DNA of 64,000 nt from positions 249,178,001 to 249,242,000 of the forward strand of contig OZ024741.1 in assembly GCA_964016885.1 (NCBI GenBank). Direction: 5' to 3'. The DNA comes from Eledone cirrhosa (taxonomy: Eukaryota). The position numbers and the translations under genes are program-made. Positions 49,592 through 61,650 of this stretch are shown here, piece by piece. How positions within the stretch are numbered: position 1 is the stretch's first letter; each line of letters starts with the position of its first letter. Under the pieces are notes generated by a model, which was not told the DNA's origin, did no database searches, and saw only the letters and a list, made by a program, of their open reading frames with translations.

Positions 49592-52500
49592 TCAGCCGTC
49601 CAAGGAGGTAATTTCTAGCCGTCCAAGGGGAGATAATTTCCAGCCGTCCAAGGGGAGATAATTTTTTTAAAAAAATCAGGCGGAGATAATTTGTAAACAA
49701 AAATCAGGGGGAGATAATTTGTAAAAAAAAATCAGGGGGAGATAATTTGTAAAAAAAATCAAGGGGAGATAATTTCCAGCCGTCCAAGGGGAGGTAATAT
49801 CTAGCCATCCAAAGGGAGATAATTTCCAGCCGTCCAAGGGGAGATAATTTCCAGCCGTCCAAGGGGAGATAATATCCAGCCGTCCAAGGAGACATATTTT
49901 CCAGCCGTCCAAGGAGAGGTAATTTCTAGCCGTCCAAGGGGAGATAAGTTCCAGCCTCCAAGGGGAGATAATTTCCAGCCAGCCAAGGGGAGATAATTTG
50001 TAAAAAAATCAGGGGGAGATAATTTGTAAAAAAAAAATCAGGGGGAGATAATTTGTAAAAAAATCAGGGGGAGATAATTTGTAAAAAAAAAATCAGGGGG
50101 AGATAATTTGTAGAAAAAATCAGGGGTTGATAATTTGTAAAAAAAATCAGGGGGAGATAATTTGTAAAAAAAATCAGGTGGAGATAATTTGTAAAAGAAA
50201 TCAGGGGTAGATAATTTTCAGTCGTCCAAGGGGAGATAATTTCCATCCTTCCAAGGGGAGATAATTTCCAGCCGTCCAAGGGGAGATAATTTCCCGCCAG
50301 CCAAGGAGAGATAACATTTAAAAAAATCAGGCGGAGATAATTTGTAAAAAAAATCAGGGGGAGATAATTTGTAAAAAAATCAGGGGGAGATAATTTGTAA
50401 AAAAAATCAGGGGTAGATAATTTCCAGCCGTCCAAGGGGAGATAATTTCCATCCTTCCAAGGGGAGATAATTTCCAGCCGTCCAAGGGGAGATAATTTCC
50501 CGCCAGCCAAGGAGAGATAATATTTAAAAAAATCAGGCGGAGATAATTTGTAAAAAAAATCAGGGGGAGATAATTTGTAAAAAAATCAGGGGGAGATAAT
50601 TTGTAAAAAAAAATCAGGGGGAGATAATTTGTAAAAAAAATCAGGGGGAGATAATTTGTAAAAAAAAATCAGGGGTAGATAATTTGTAAAAAAAAATCAG
50701 GGGGAGATAATTTGTAAAAAAAAATCAGGGGGAGATAATTTGTAAAAAAATCAAGGGGAGATAATTTCCAGCCGTCCAAGGGGAGATAATTTTCAGCCGT
50801 CCAAGGAGAGGTAATTTCTAGCCGTCCAAGGGGAGATAATTTCCAGCCGTCCAAGGGGAGATAATTTTTTTAAAAAAATCAGGCGGAGATAATTTGTAAA
50901 CAAAAATCAGGGGGAGATAATTTGTAAAAAAAAATCAGGGGGAGATAATTTGTAAAAAATAATCAGGGGGAGATAATTTGTAAAAAAAATCAAGGGGAGA
51001 TAATTTCCAGCCGTCCAAGGGGAGGTAATATCTAGCCATCCAAGGGGAGATAATTTCCAGCCGTCCAAGGGGAGATAATTTCCAGCCGTCCAAGGGGAGA
51101 TAATATCCAGCCGTCCAAGGAGACATATTTTCCAGCCGTCCAAGGAGAGGTAATTTCTAGCCGTCCAAGGGGAGATAAGTTCCAGCCTCCAAGGGGAGAT
51201 AATTTCCAGTCAGCCAAGGGGAGATAATTTGTAAAAAAATCAGGGGGAGATAATTTGTAAAAAAAAAATCAGGGGGAGATAATTTGTAAAAAAATCAGGG
51301 GGAGATAATTTGTAAAAAAAAATCAGGGGGAGATAATTTGTAAAAAAAATCAGGGGGAGATAATTTGTAAAAAAAATCAGGGGTAGATAATTTGTAAAAA
51401 AAATCAGGGGGAGATAATTTGTAAAAAAAATCAGGGGGAGATAATTTGTAAAAAAAATCAGGGGTAGATAATTTTCAGCCGTCCAAGGGGAGATAATTTC
51501 CATCCTTCCAAGGGGAGATAATTTCCAGCCGTCCAAGGGGAGATAATTTCCCGCCAGCCAAGGAGAGATAACATTTAAAAAAATCAGGCGGAGATAATTT
51601 GTAAAAAAAATCAGGGGGAGATAATTTGTAAAAAAATCAGGGGGAGATAATTTGTAAAAAAAATCAGGGGTAGATAATTTCCAGCCGTCCAAGGGGAGAT
51701 AATTTCCATCCTTCCAAGGGGAGATAATTTCCAGCCGTCCAAGGGGAGATAATTTCCCGCCAGCCAAGGAGAGATAATATTTAAAAAAATCAGGCGGAGA
51801 TAATTTGTAAAAAAAATCAGGGGGAGATAATTTGTAAAAAAATCAGGGGGAGATAATTTGTAAAAAAAAATCAGGGGGAGATAATTTGTAAAAAAAATCA
51901 GGGGGAGATAATTTGTAAAAAAAAATCAGGGGTAGATAATTTGTAAAAAAAAATCAGAGGGAGATAATTTGTAAAAAAATCAAGGGGAGATAATTTCCAG
52001 CCGTCCAAGGGGAGATAATTTTCAGCCGTCCAAGGAGAGGTAATTTCTAGCCGTCCAAGGGGAGATAATTTCCAGCCGTCCAAGGGGAGATAATTTTTTA
52101 AAAAAATCAGGCGGAGATAATTTGTAAACAAAAATCAGGTGGAGATAATTTGTAAAAAAAAATCAGGGGGAGATAATTTGTAAAAAAAATCAAGGGGAGA
52201 TCATTTCCAGCCGTCCAAGGGGAGGTAATATCTAGCCATCCAAGGGGAGATAATTTCCAGCCGTCCAAGGGGAGATAATTTCCAGCCGTCCAAGGGGAGA
52301 TAATATCCAGCCGTCCAAGGAGACATATTTTCCAGCCGTCCAAGGAGACGTAATTTCTAGCCGTCCAAGGGGAGATAAGTTCCAGCCTCCAAGGGGAGAT
52401 AATTTCCAGCCAGCCAAGGGGAGATAATTTGTAAAAAAATTAGGGGGAGATAATTTCTAAAAAAAAATTAGGGGGAGATAATTTGTAAAAAAAAATCAGG

Positions 52501-55500
52501 GGGAGATAATTTGTAAAAAAAAATCAGGGGGAGATAATTTGTAAAAAAAATCAAGGGGAGATAATTTCCAGCCGTCCAAGGGGAGATAATTTTCAGCCGT
52601 CCAAGGAGAGGTAAATTCTAGCCGTCCAAGGAGATATAATTTCCAGCCGTCCAAGGGGAGATAATTTCCAGCCGTCCAAGGGGAGATAATTTTTAAAAAA
52701 AAATCAGGCGGAGATAATTTGTAAACAAAAATCAGGGGGAGATAATTTTTTAAAAAAAATCAGGGGGAGATAATTTGTAAAAAAAAATCAGGGGGAGATA
52801 ATTTGTAAAAAAAATCAAGGGGAGATAATTTCCAGCCGTCCAAGGGGAGGTAATATCTAGCCATCCAAGGGGAGATAATTTCCAGCCGTCCAAGGGGAGA
52901 TAATTTCCAGCCGTCCAAGGGGAGATAATATCCAGCCGTCCAAGGAGACATATTTTCCAGCCGTCCAAGGAGAGGTAATTTCTAGCCGTCCAAGGGGAGA
53001 TAAGTTCCAGCCTCCAAGGGGAGATAATTTCCAGCCAGCCAAGGGGAGATAATTTGTAAAAAAATCAGGGGGGAGATAATTTGTAAAAAAAATCAGGGGG
53101 AGATAATTTGAAAAAAAAATCAGGGGGAGATAATTTGTAAAAAATATCAAGGGGAGATAATTTCCAGCCCTCCAAGGGGCTATAATTTCCAGCCGTGCAA
53201 GGGGAGATAATTTCCAGCCGTCCAAGGGGAGATAATTTCCATCCTTCCAAGGGGAGATAATTTCCAGCCGTCCAAGGGGAGATAATTTCCCGCCAGCCAA
53301 GGGAAGATAATTTTTTAAAAAATCAGGCGGAGATTGTAAAAAAAATCAGGGGGAGATAATTTGTAAAAAAATCAGGGGGAGATAATTTGTAAAAAAAAAA
53401 TCAGGGGGAGATAATTTGTAAAAAAAAATCAGGGGGAGATAATTTGTAAAAAAAATCAGGGGGAGATAATTTGTAAAAAAAATCAGGGGTAGATAATTTG
53501 TAAAAAAAATCAGGGGGAGATAATTTGTAAAAAAAATCAGGGGGAGATAATTTGTAAAAAAAATCAGGGGTAGATAATTTTCAGCCGTCCAAGGGGAGAT
53601 AATTTCCATCCTTCCAAGGGGAGATAATTTCCAGCCGTCCAAGGGGAGATAATTTCCCGCCAGCCAAGGAGAGATAACATTTAAAAAAATCAGGCGGAGA
53701 TAATTTGTAAAAAAATCAGGGGGAGATAATTTGTAAAAAAAAATCAGGGGTAGATAATTTCCAGCCGTCCAAGGGGAGATAATTTCCATCCTTCCAAGGG
53801 GAGATAATTTCCAGCCGTCCAAGGGGAGATAATTTCCCGCCAGCCAAGGAGAGATAATATTTAAAAAAATCAGGCGGAGATAATTTGTAAAAAAAATCAG
53901 GGGGAGATAATTTGTAAAAAAATCAGGGGGAGATAATTTGTAAAAAAAAATCAGGGGGAGATAATTTGTAAAAAAAAATCAGGGGGAGATAATTTGTAAA
54001 AAAAAATCAGGGGTAGATAATTTGTAAAAAAAAATCAGGGTGAGATAATTTGTAAAAGAAAAATCAGGGGGAGATAATTTGTAAAAAAATCAAGGGGAGA
54101 TAATTTCCAGCCGTCCAAGGGGAGATAATTTTCAGCCGTCCAAGGAGAGGTAATTTCTAGCCGTCCAAGGGGAGATAATTTCCAGCCGTCCAAGGGGAGA
54201 TAATTTTTTTTAAAAAATCAGGCGGAGATAATTTGTAAACAAAAATCAGGGGGAGATAATTTGTAAAAAAAAATCAGGGGGAGATAATTTGTAAAAAAAA
54301 ATCAGGGGGAGATAATTTGTAAAAAAAATCAAGGGGAGATAATTTGTCAAAAAAAATCAGGGGTAGATAATTTGTAAAAAAAAATCAGGGGGAGATAATT
54401 TGTAAAAAAAAAATCAGGGGGAGATAATTTGTAAAAAAATCAAGGGGAGATAATTTCCAGCCGTCCAAGGGGAGATAATTTTCAGCCGTCCAAGGAGAGG
54501 TAATTTCTAGCCGTCCAAGGGGAGATAATTTCCAGCCAGCCAAGGGGAGATAATTTGTAAAAAAATCAGGGGTAGATAATTTGTAAAAAAAAATCAGGGG
54601 GAGATAATTTGTAAAAAAAATCAGGGGGAGATAATTTGTAAAAAAAATCAGGGGTAGATAATTTCCAGCCGTCCAAGGGGAGATAATTTCCATCCTTCCA
54701 AGGGGAGATAATTTCCAGCCGTCCAAGGGGAGATAATTTCCCGCCAGCCAAGGAGAGATAACATTTAAAAAAATCAGGCGGAGATAATTTGTAAAAAAAA
54801 TCAGGGGGAGATAATTTGTAAAAAAAATCAGGGGGAGATAATTTGTAAAAAAAATCAGGGGTAGATAATTTCCAGCCGTCCAAGGGGAGATAATTTCCAT
54901 CCTTCCAAGGGGAGATAATTTCCAGCCGTCCAAGGGGAGATAATTTCCCGCCAGCCAAGGAGAGATAATATTTAAAAAAATCAGGCGGAGATAATTTGTA
55001 AAAAAAATCAGGGGGAGATAATTTGTAAAAAAATCAGGGGGAGATAATTTGTAAAAAAAAATCAGGGGAGATAATTTGTAAAAAAAATCAGGGGGAGATA
55101 ATTTGTAAAAAAAAATCAGGGGTAGATAATTTGTAAAAAAAAATCAGGGGGAGATAATTTGTAAAAAAAAAATCAGGGGGAGATAATTTGTAAAAAAATC
55201 AAGGGCAGATAATTTCCAGCCGTCCAAGGGGAGATAATTTTCAGCCGTCCAAGGAGGTAATTTCTAGCCGTCCAAGGGGAGATAATTTCCAGCCGTCCAA
55301 GGGGAGATAATTTTTTTAAAAAAATCAGGCGGAGATAATTTGTAAACAAAAATCAGGGGGAGATAATTTGTAAAAAAAAATCAGGGGGAGATAATTTGTA
55401 AAAAAAAATCAGGGGGAGATAATTTGTAAAAAAAATCAAGGGGAGATAATTTCCAGCCGTCCAAGGGGAGGTAATATCTAGCCATCCAAGGGGAGATAAT

Positions 55501-58500
55501 TTCCAGCCGTCCAAGGGGAGATAATTTCCAGCCGTCCAAGGGGAGATAATATCCAGCCGTCCAAGGAGACATATTTTCCAGCCGTCCAAGGAGAGGTAAT
55601 TTCTAGCCGTCCAAGGGGAGATAAGTTCCAGCCTCCAAGGGGAGATAATTTCCAGCCAGCCAAGGGGAGATAATTTGTAAAAAAATCAGGGGGAGATAAT
55701 TTGTAAAAAAAAAATCAGGGGCAGATAATTTGTAAAAAAATCAGGGGGAGATAATTTGTAAAAAAAATCAGGGGGAGATAATTTGTAGAAAAAATCAGGG
55801 GTAGATAATTTGTAAAAAAAATCAGGGGGAGATAATTTGTAAAAAAAATCAGGGGGAGATAATTTGTAAAAAAAATCAGGGGTAGATAATTTTCAGCCGT
55901 CCAAGGGGAGATAATTTCCATCCTTCCAAGGGGAGATAATTTCCAGCCGTCCAAGGGGAGATAATTTCCCGCCAGCCAAGGAGAGATAACATTTAAAAAA
56001 ATCAGGCGGAGATAATTTGTAAAAAAAATCAGGGGGAGATAATTTGTAAAAAAATCAGGGGGAGATAATTTGTAAAAAAAATCAGGGGTAGATAATTTCC
56101 AGCCGTCCAAGGGGAGATAATTTCCATCCTTCCAAGGGGAGATAATTTCCAGCCGTCCAAGGGGAGATAATTTCCCGCCAGCCAAGGAGAGATAATATTT
56201 AAAAAAATCAGGCGGAGATAATTTGTAAAAAAAATCAGGTGGAGATAATTTGTAAAAAAATCAGGGGGAGATAATTTGTAAAAAAAAATCAGGGGGAGAT
56301 AATTTGTAAAAAAAATCAGGGGTAGATAATTTGTAAAAAAAAATCAGGGGGAGATAATTTGTAAAAAAAAAATCAGGGGGAGATAATTTGTAAAAAAATC
56401 AAGGGGAGATAATTTCCAGCCGTCCAAGGGGAGATAATTTTCAGCCGTCCAAGGAGAGGTAATTTCTAGCCGTCCAAGGGGAGATAATTTCCAGCCGTCC
56501 AAGGGGAGATAATTTTTTTAAAAAAATCAGGCGGAGATAATTTGTAAACAAAAATCAGGGGGAGATAATTTGTAAAAAAAAATCAGGGGGAGATAATTTG
56601 TAAAAAAAAATCAGGGGGAGATAATTTGTAAAAAAAATCAAGGGGAGATAATTTCCAGCCGTCCAAGGGGAGGTAATATCTAGCCATCCAAGGGGAGATA
56701 ATTTCCAGCCGTCCAAGGGGAGATATTTTCCAGCCGTCCAAGGAGAGGTAATTTCTAGCCGTCCAAGGGGAGATAAGTTCCTGCCTCCAAGGGGAGATAA
56801 TTTCCAGCCAGCCAAGGGGAGATAATTTGTAAAAAAATCAGGGGGAGATAATTTGTAAAAAAAAAATCAGGGGGAGATAATTTGTAAAAAAATCAGGGGG
56901 AGATAATTTGTAAAAAAAAAATCAGGGGGAGATAATTTGTAAAAAAAATCAGGGGGAGATAATTTGTAAAAAAAATCAGGGGTAGATAATTTGTAAAAAA
57001 AATCAGGGGGAGATAATTTGTAAAAAAAATCAGGGGGAGATAATTTGTAAAAAAAATCAGGGGTAGATAATTTTCAGCCCTCCAAGGGGAGATAATTTCC
57101 ATCCTTCCAAGGGGAGATAATTTCCAGCCGTCCAAGGGGAGATAATTTCCCGCCAGCCAAGGAGAGATAACATTTAAAAAAATCAGGCGGAGATAATTTG
57201 TAAAAAAAAATCAGGGGGAGATAATTTGTAAAAAAAATCAAGGGGAGATAATTTCCAGCCGTCCAAGGGGAGGTAATATCTAGCCATCCAAGGGGAGATA
57301 ATTTCCAGCCGTCCAAGGGGAGATAATTTCCAGCCGTCCAAGGGGAGATAATATCCAGCCGTCCAAGGAGACATATTTTCCAGCCGTCCAAGGAGACGTA
57401 ATTTCTAGCCGTCCAAGGGGAGATAAGTTCCAGCCTCCAAGGGGAGATAATTTCCAGCCAGCCAAGGGGAGATAATTTGTAAAAAAATTAGGGGGAGATA
57501 ATTTGTAAAAAAAAATTAGGGGGAGATAATTTGTAAAAAAAAATCAGGGGGAGATAATTTGTAAAAAAAAATCAGGGGGAGATAATTTGTAAAAAAAAAT
57601 CAGGGGGAGATAATTTGTAAAAAAAAAATCAGGCGGAGATAATTTGTAAAAAAATCAAGGGGAGATAATTTCCAGCCGTCCAAGGGGAGATAATTTTCAG
57701 CCGTCCAAGGAGAGGTAATTTCTAGCCGTCCAAGGGGAGATAATTTCCAGCCGTCCAAGGGGAGATAATTTTTTTAAAATAATCAGGCGGAGATAATTTG
57801 TAAACAAAAATCAGGGGGAGATAATTTGTAAAAAAAAATCAGGGGGAGATAATTTGTAAAAAAAATCAGGGGGAGATAATTTGTAAAAAAAATCAAGGGG
57901 AGATAATTTGTAAAAAAAAATCAGGGGTAGATAATTTGTAAAAAAAAATCAGGGGGAGATAATTTGTAAAAAAAAAATCAGGGGGAGATAATTTGTAAAA
58001 AAATCAAGGGGAGATAATTTCCAGCCGTCCAAGGGGAGATAATTTTAAGCCGTCCAAGGAGAGGTAATTTCTAGCCGTCCAAGGGGAGATAATTTCCAGC
58101 CAGCCAAGGGGAGATAATTTGTAAAAAAATCAGGGGTAGATAATTTGTAAAAAAAAATCAGGGGGAGATAATTTGTAAAAAAAATCAGGGGGAGATAATT
58201 TGTAAAAAAAATCAGGGGTAGATAATTTCCAGCCGTCCAAGGGGAGATAATTTCCATCCTTCCAAGGGGAGATAATTTCCAGCCGTCCAAGGGGAGATAA
58301 TTTCCCGCCAGCCAAGGAGAGATAACATTTAAAAAAATCAGGCGGAGATAATTTGTAAAAAAAATCAGGGGGAGATAATTTGTAAAAAAATCAGGGGGAG
58401 ATAATTTGTAAAAAAAATCAGGGGTAGATAATTTCCAGCCGTCCAAGGGGAGATAATTTCCATCCTTCCAAGGGGAGATAATTTCCAGCCGTCCAAGGGG

Positions 58501-61500
58501 AGATAATTTCCCGCCAGCCAAGGAGAGATAATATTTAAAAAAATCAGGCGGAGATAATTTGTAAAAAAAATCAGGGGGAGATAATTTGTAAAAAAATCAG
58601 GGGGAGATAATTTGTAAAAAAAAATCAGGGGAGATAATTTGTAAAAAAAATCAGGGGGTGATAATTTGTAAAAAAAATCAGGGGTAGATAATTTGTAAAA
58701 AAAAATCAGGGGGAGATAATTTGTAAAAAAAAAATCAGGGGGAGATAATTTGTAAAAAAATCAAGGGGAGATAATTTCCAACCGTCCAAGGGGAGATAAT
58801 TTTCAGCCGTCCAAGGAGGTAATTTCTAGCCGTCCAAGGGGAGATAATTTCCAGCCGTCCAAGGGGAGATAATTTTTTTAAAAAAATCAGGCGGAGATAA
58901 TTTGTAAACAAAAATCAGGGGGAGATAATTTGTAAAAAAAAATCAGGGGGAGATAATTTGTAAAAAAAATCAAGGGGAGATAATTTCCAGCCGTCCAAGG
59001 GGAGGTAATATCTAGCCATCCAAAGGGAGATAATTTCCAGCCGTCCAAGGGGAGATAATTTCCAGCCGTCCAAGGGGAGATAATATCCAGCCGTCCAAGG
59101 AGACATATTTTCCAGCCGTCCAAGGAGAGGTAATTTCTAGCCGTCCAAGGGGAGATAAGTTCCAGCCTCCAAGGGGAGATAATTTCCAGCCAGCCAAGGG
59201 GAGATAATTTGTAAAAAAATCAGGGGGAGATAATTTGTAAAAAAAAAATCAGGGGGAGATAATTTGTAAAAAAATCAGGGGGAGATAATTTGTAAAAAAA
59301 AAATCAGGGGGAGATAATTTGTAGAAAAAATCAGGGGTTGATAATTTGTAAAAAAAATCAGGGGGAGATAATTTGTAAAAAAAATCAGGTGGAGATAATT
59401 TGTAAAAGAAATCAGGGGTAGATAATTTTCAGTCGTCCAAGGGGAGATAATTTCCATCCTTCCAAGGGGAGATAATTTCCAGCCGTCCAAGGGGAGATAA
59501 TTTCCCGCCAGCCAAGGAGAGATAACATTTAAAAAAATCAGGCGGAGATAATTTGTAAAAAAAATCAGGGGGAGATAATTTGTAAAAAAATCAGGGGGAG
59601 ATAATTTGTAAAAAAAATCAGGGGTAGATAATTTCCAGCCGTCCAAGGGGAGATAATTTCCATCCTTCCAAGGGGAGATAATTTCCAGCCGTCCAAGGGG
59701 AGATAATTTCCCGCCAGCCAAGGAGAGATAATATTTAAAAAAATCAGGCGGAGATAATTTGTAAAAAAAATCAGGGGGAGATAATTTGTAAAAAAATCAG
59801 GGGGAGATAATTTGTAAAAAAAAATCAGGGGGAGATAATTTGTAAAAAAAATCAGGGGGAGATAATTTGTAAAAAAAAATCAGGGGTAGATAATTTGTAA
59901 AAAAAAATCAGGGGGAGATAATTTGTAAAAAAAAATCAGGGGGAGATAATTTGTAAAAAAATCAAGGGGAGATAATTTCCAGCCGTCCAAGGGGAGATAA
60001 TTTTCAGCCGTCCAAGGAGAGGTAATTTCTAGCCGTCCAAGGGGAGATAATTTCCAGCCGTCCAAGGGGAGATAATTTTTTTAAAAAAATCAGGCGGAGA
60101 TAATTTGTAAACAAAAATCAGGGGGAGATAATTTGTAAAAAAAAATCAGGGGGAGATAATTTGTAAAAAATAATCAGGGGGAGATAATTTGTAAAAAAAA
60201 TCAAGGGGAGATAATTTCCAGCCGTCCAAGGGGAGGTAATATCTAGCCATCCAAGGGGAGATAATTTCCAGCCGTCCAAGGGGAGATAATTTCCAGCCGT
60301 CCAAGGGGAGATAATATCCAGCCGTCCAAGGAGACATATTTTCCAGCCGTCCAAGGAGAGGTAATTTCTAGCCGTCCAAGGGGAGATAAGTTCCAGCCTC
60401 CAAGGGGAGATAATTTCCAGTCAGCCAAGGGGAGATAATTTGTAAAAAAATCAGGGGGAGATAATTTGTAAAAAAAAAATCAGGGGGAGATAATTTGTAA
60501 AAAAATCAGGGGGAGATAATTTGTAAAAAAAAATCAGGGGGAGATAATTTGTAAAAAAAATCAGGGGGAGATAATTTGTAAAAAAAATCAGGGGTAGATA
60601 ATTTGTAAAAAAAATCAGGGGGAGATAATTTGTAAAAAAAATCAGGGGGAGATAATTTGTAAAAAAAATCAGGGGTAGATAATTTTCAGCCGTCCAAGGG
60701 GAGATAATTTCCATCCTTCCAAGGGGAGATAATTTCCAGCCGTCCAAGGGGAGATAATTTCCCGCCAGCCAAGGAGAGATAACATTTAAAAAAATCAGGC
60801 GGAGATAATTTGTAAAAAAAATCAGGGGGAGATAATTTGTAAAAAAATCAGGGGGAGATAATTTGTAAAAAAAATCAGGGGTAGATAATTTCCAGCCGTC
60901 CAAGGGGAGATAATTTCCATCCTTCCAAGGGGAGATAATTTCCAGCCGTCCAAGGGGAGATAATTTCCCGCCAGCCAAGGAGAGATAATATTTTAAAAAA
61001 TCAGGCGGAGATAATTTGTAAAAAAAATCAGGGGGAGATAATTTGTAAAAAAATCAGGGGGAGATAATTTGTAAAAAAAAATCAGGGGGAGATAATTTGT
61101 AAAAAAAATCAGGGGGAGATAATTTGTAAAAAAAAATCAGGGGTAGATAATTTGTAAAAAAAAATCAGAGGGAGATAATTTGTAAAAAAATCAAGGGGAG
61201 ATAATTTCCAGCCGTCCAAGGGGAGATAATTTTCAGCCGTCCAAGGAGAGGTAATTTCTAGCCGTCCAAGGGGAGATAATTTCCAGCCGTCCAAGGGGAG
61301 ATAATTTTTTAAAAAAATCAGGCGGAGATAATTTGTAAACAAAAATCAGGTGGAGATAATTTGTAAAAAAAAATCAGAGGGAGATAATTTGTAAAAAAAA
61401 TCAAGGGGAGATCATTTCCAGCCGTCCAAGGGGAGGTAATATCTAGCCATCCAAGGGGAGATAATTTCCAGCCGTCCAAGGGGAGATAATTTCCAGCCGT

Positions 61501-61650
61501 CCAAGGGGAGATAATATCCAGCCGTCCAAGGAGACATATTTTCCAGCCGTCCAAGGAGACGTAATTTCTAGCCGTCCAAGGGGAGATAAGTTCCAGCCTC
61601 CAAGGGGAGATAATTTCCAGCCAGCCAAGGGGAGATAATTTGTAAAAAAA
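42993..61650 (+). repeat. 9211-bp tandem duplication, 2 copies (junction within about 52203-52440)
   Basis: Offsets 43539/52750, 44135/53346, 46504/55715, 48834/58045, 50064/59275 and 52107/61318 are all 9211. Shared markers include GGGGTTGAT, CAGTCGTCC and GATCATTT. Confidence 0.93.
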
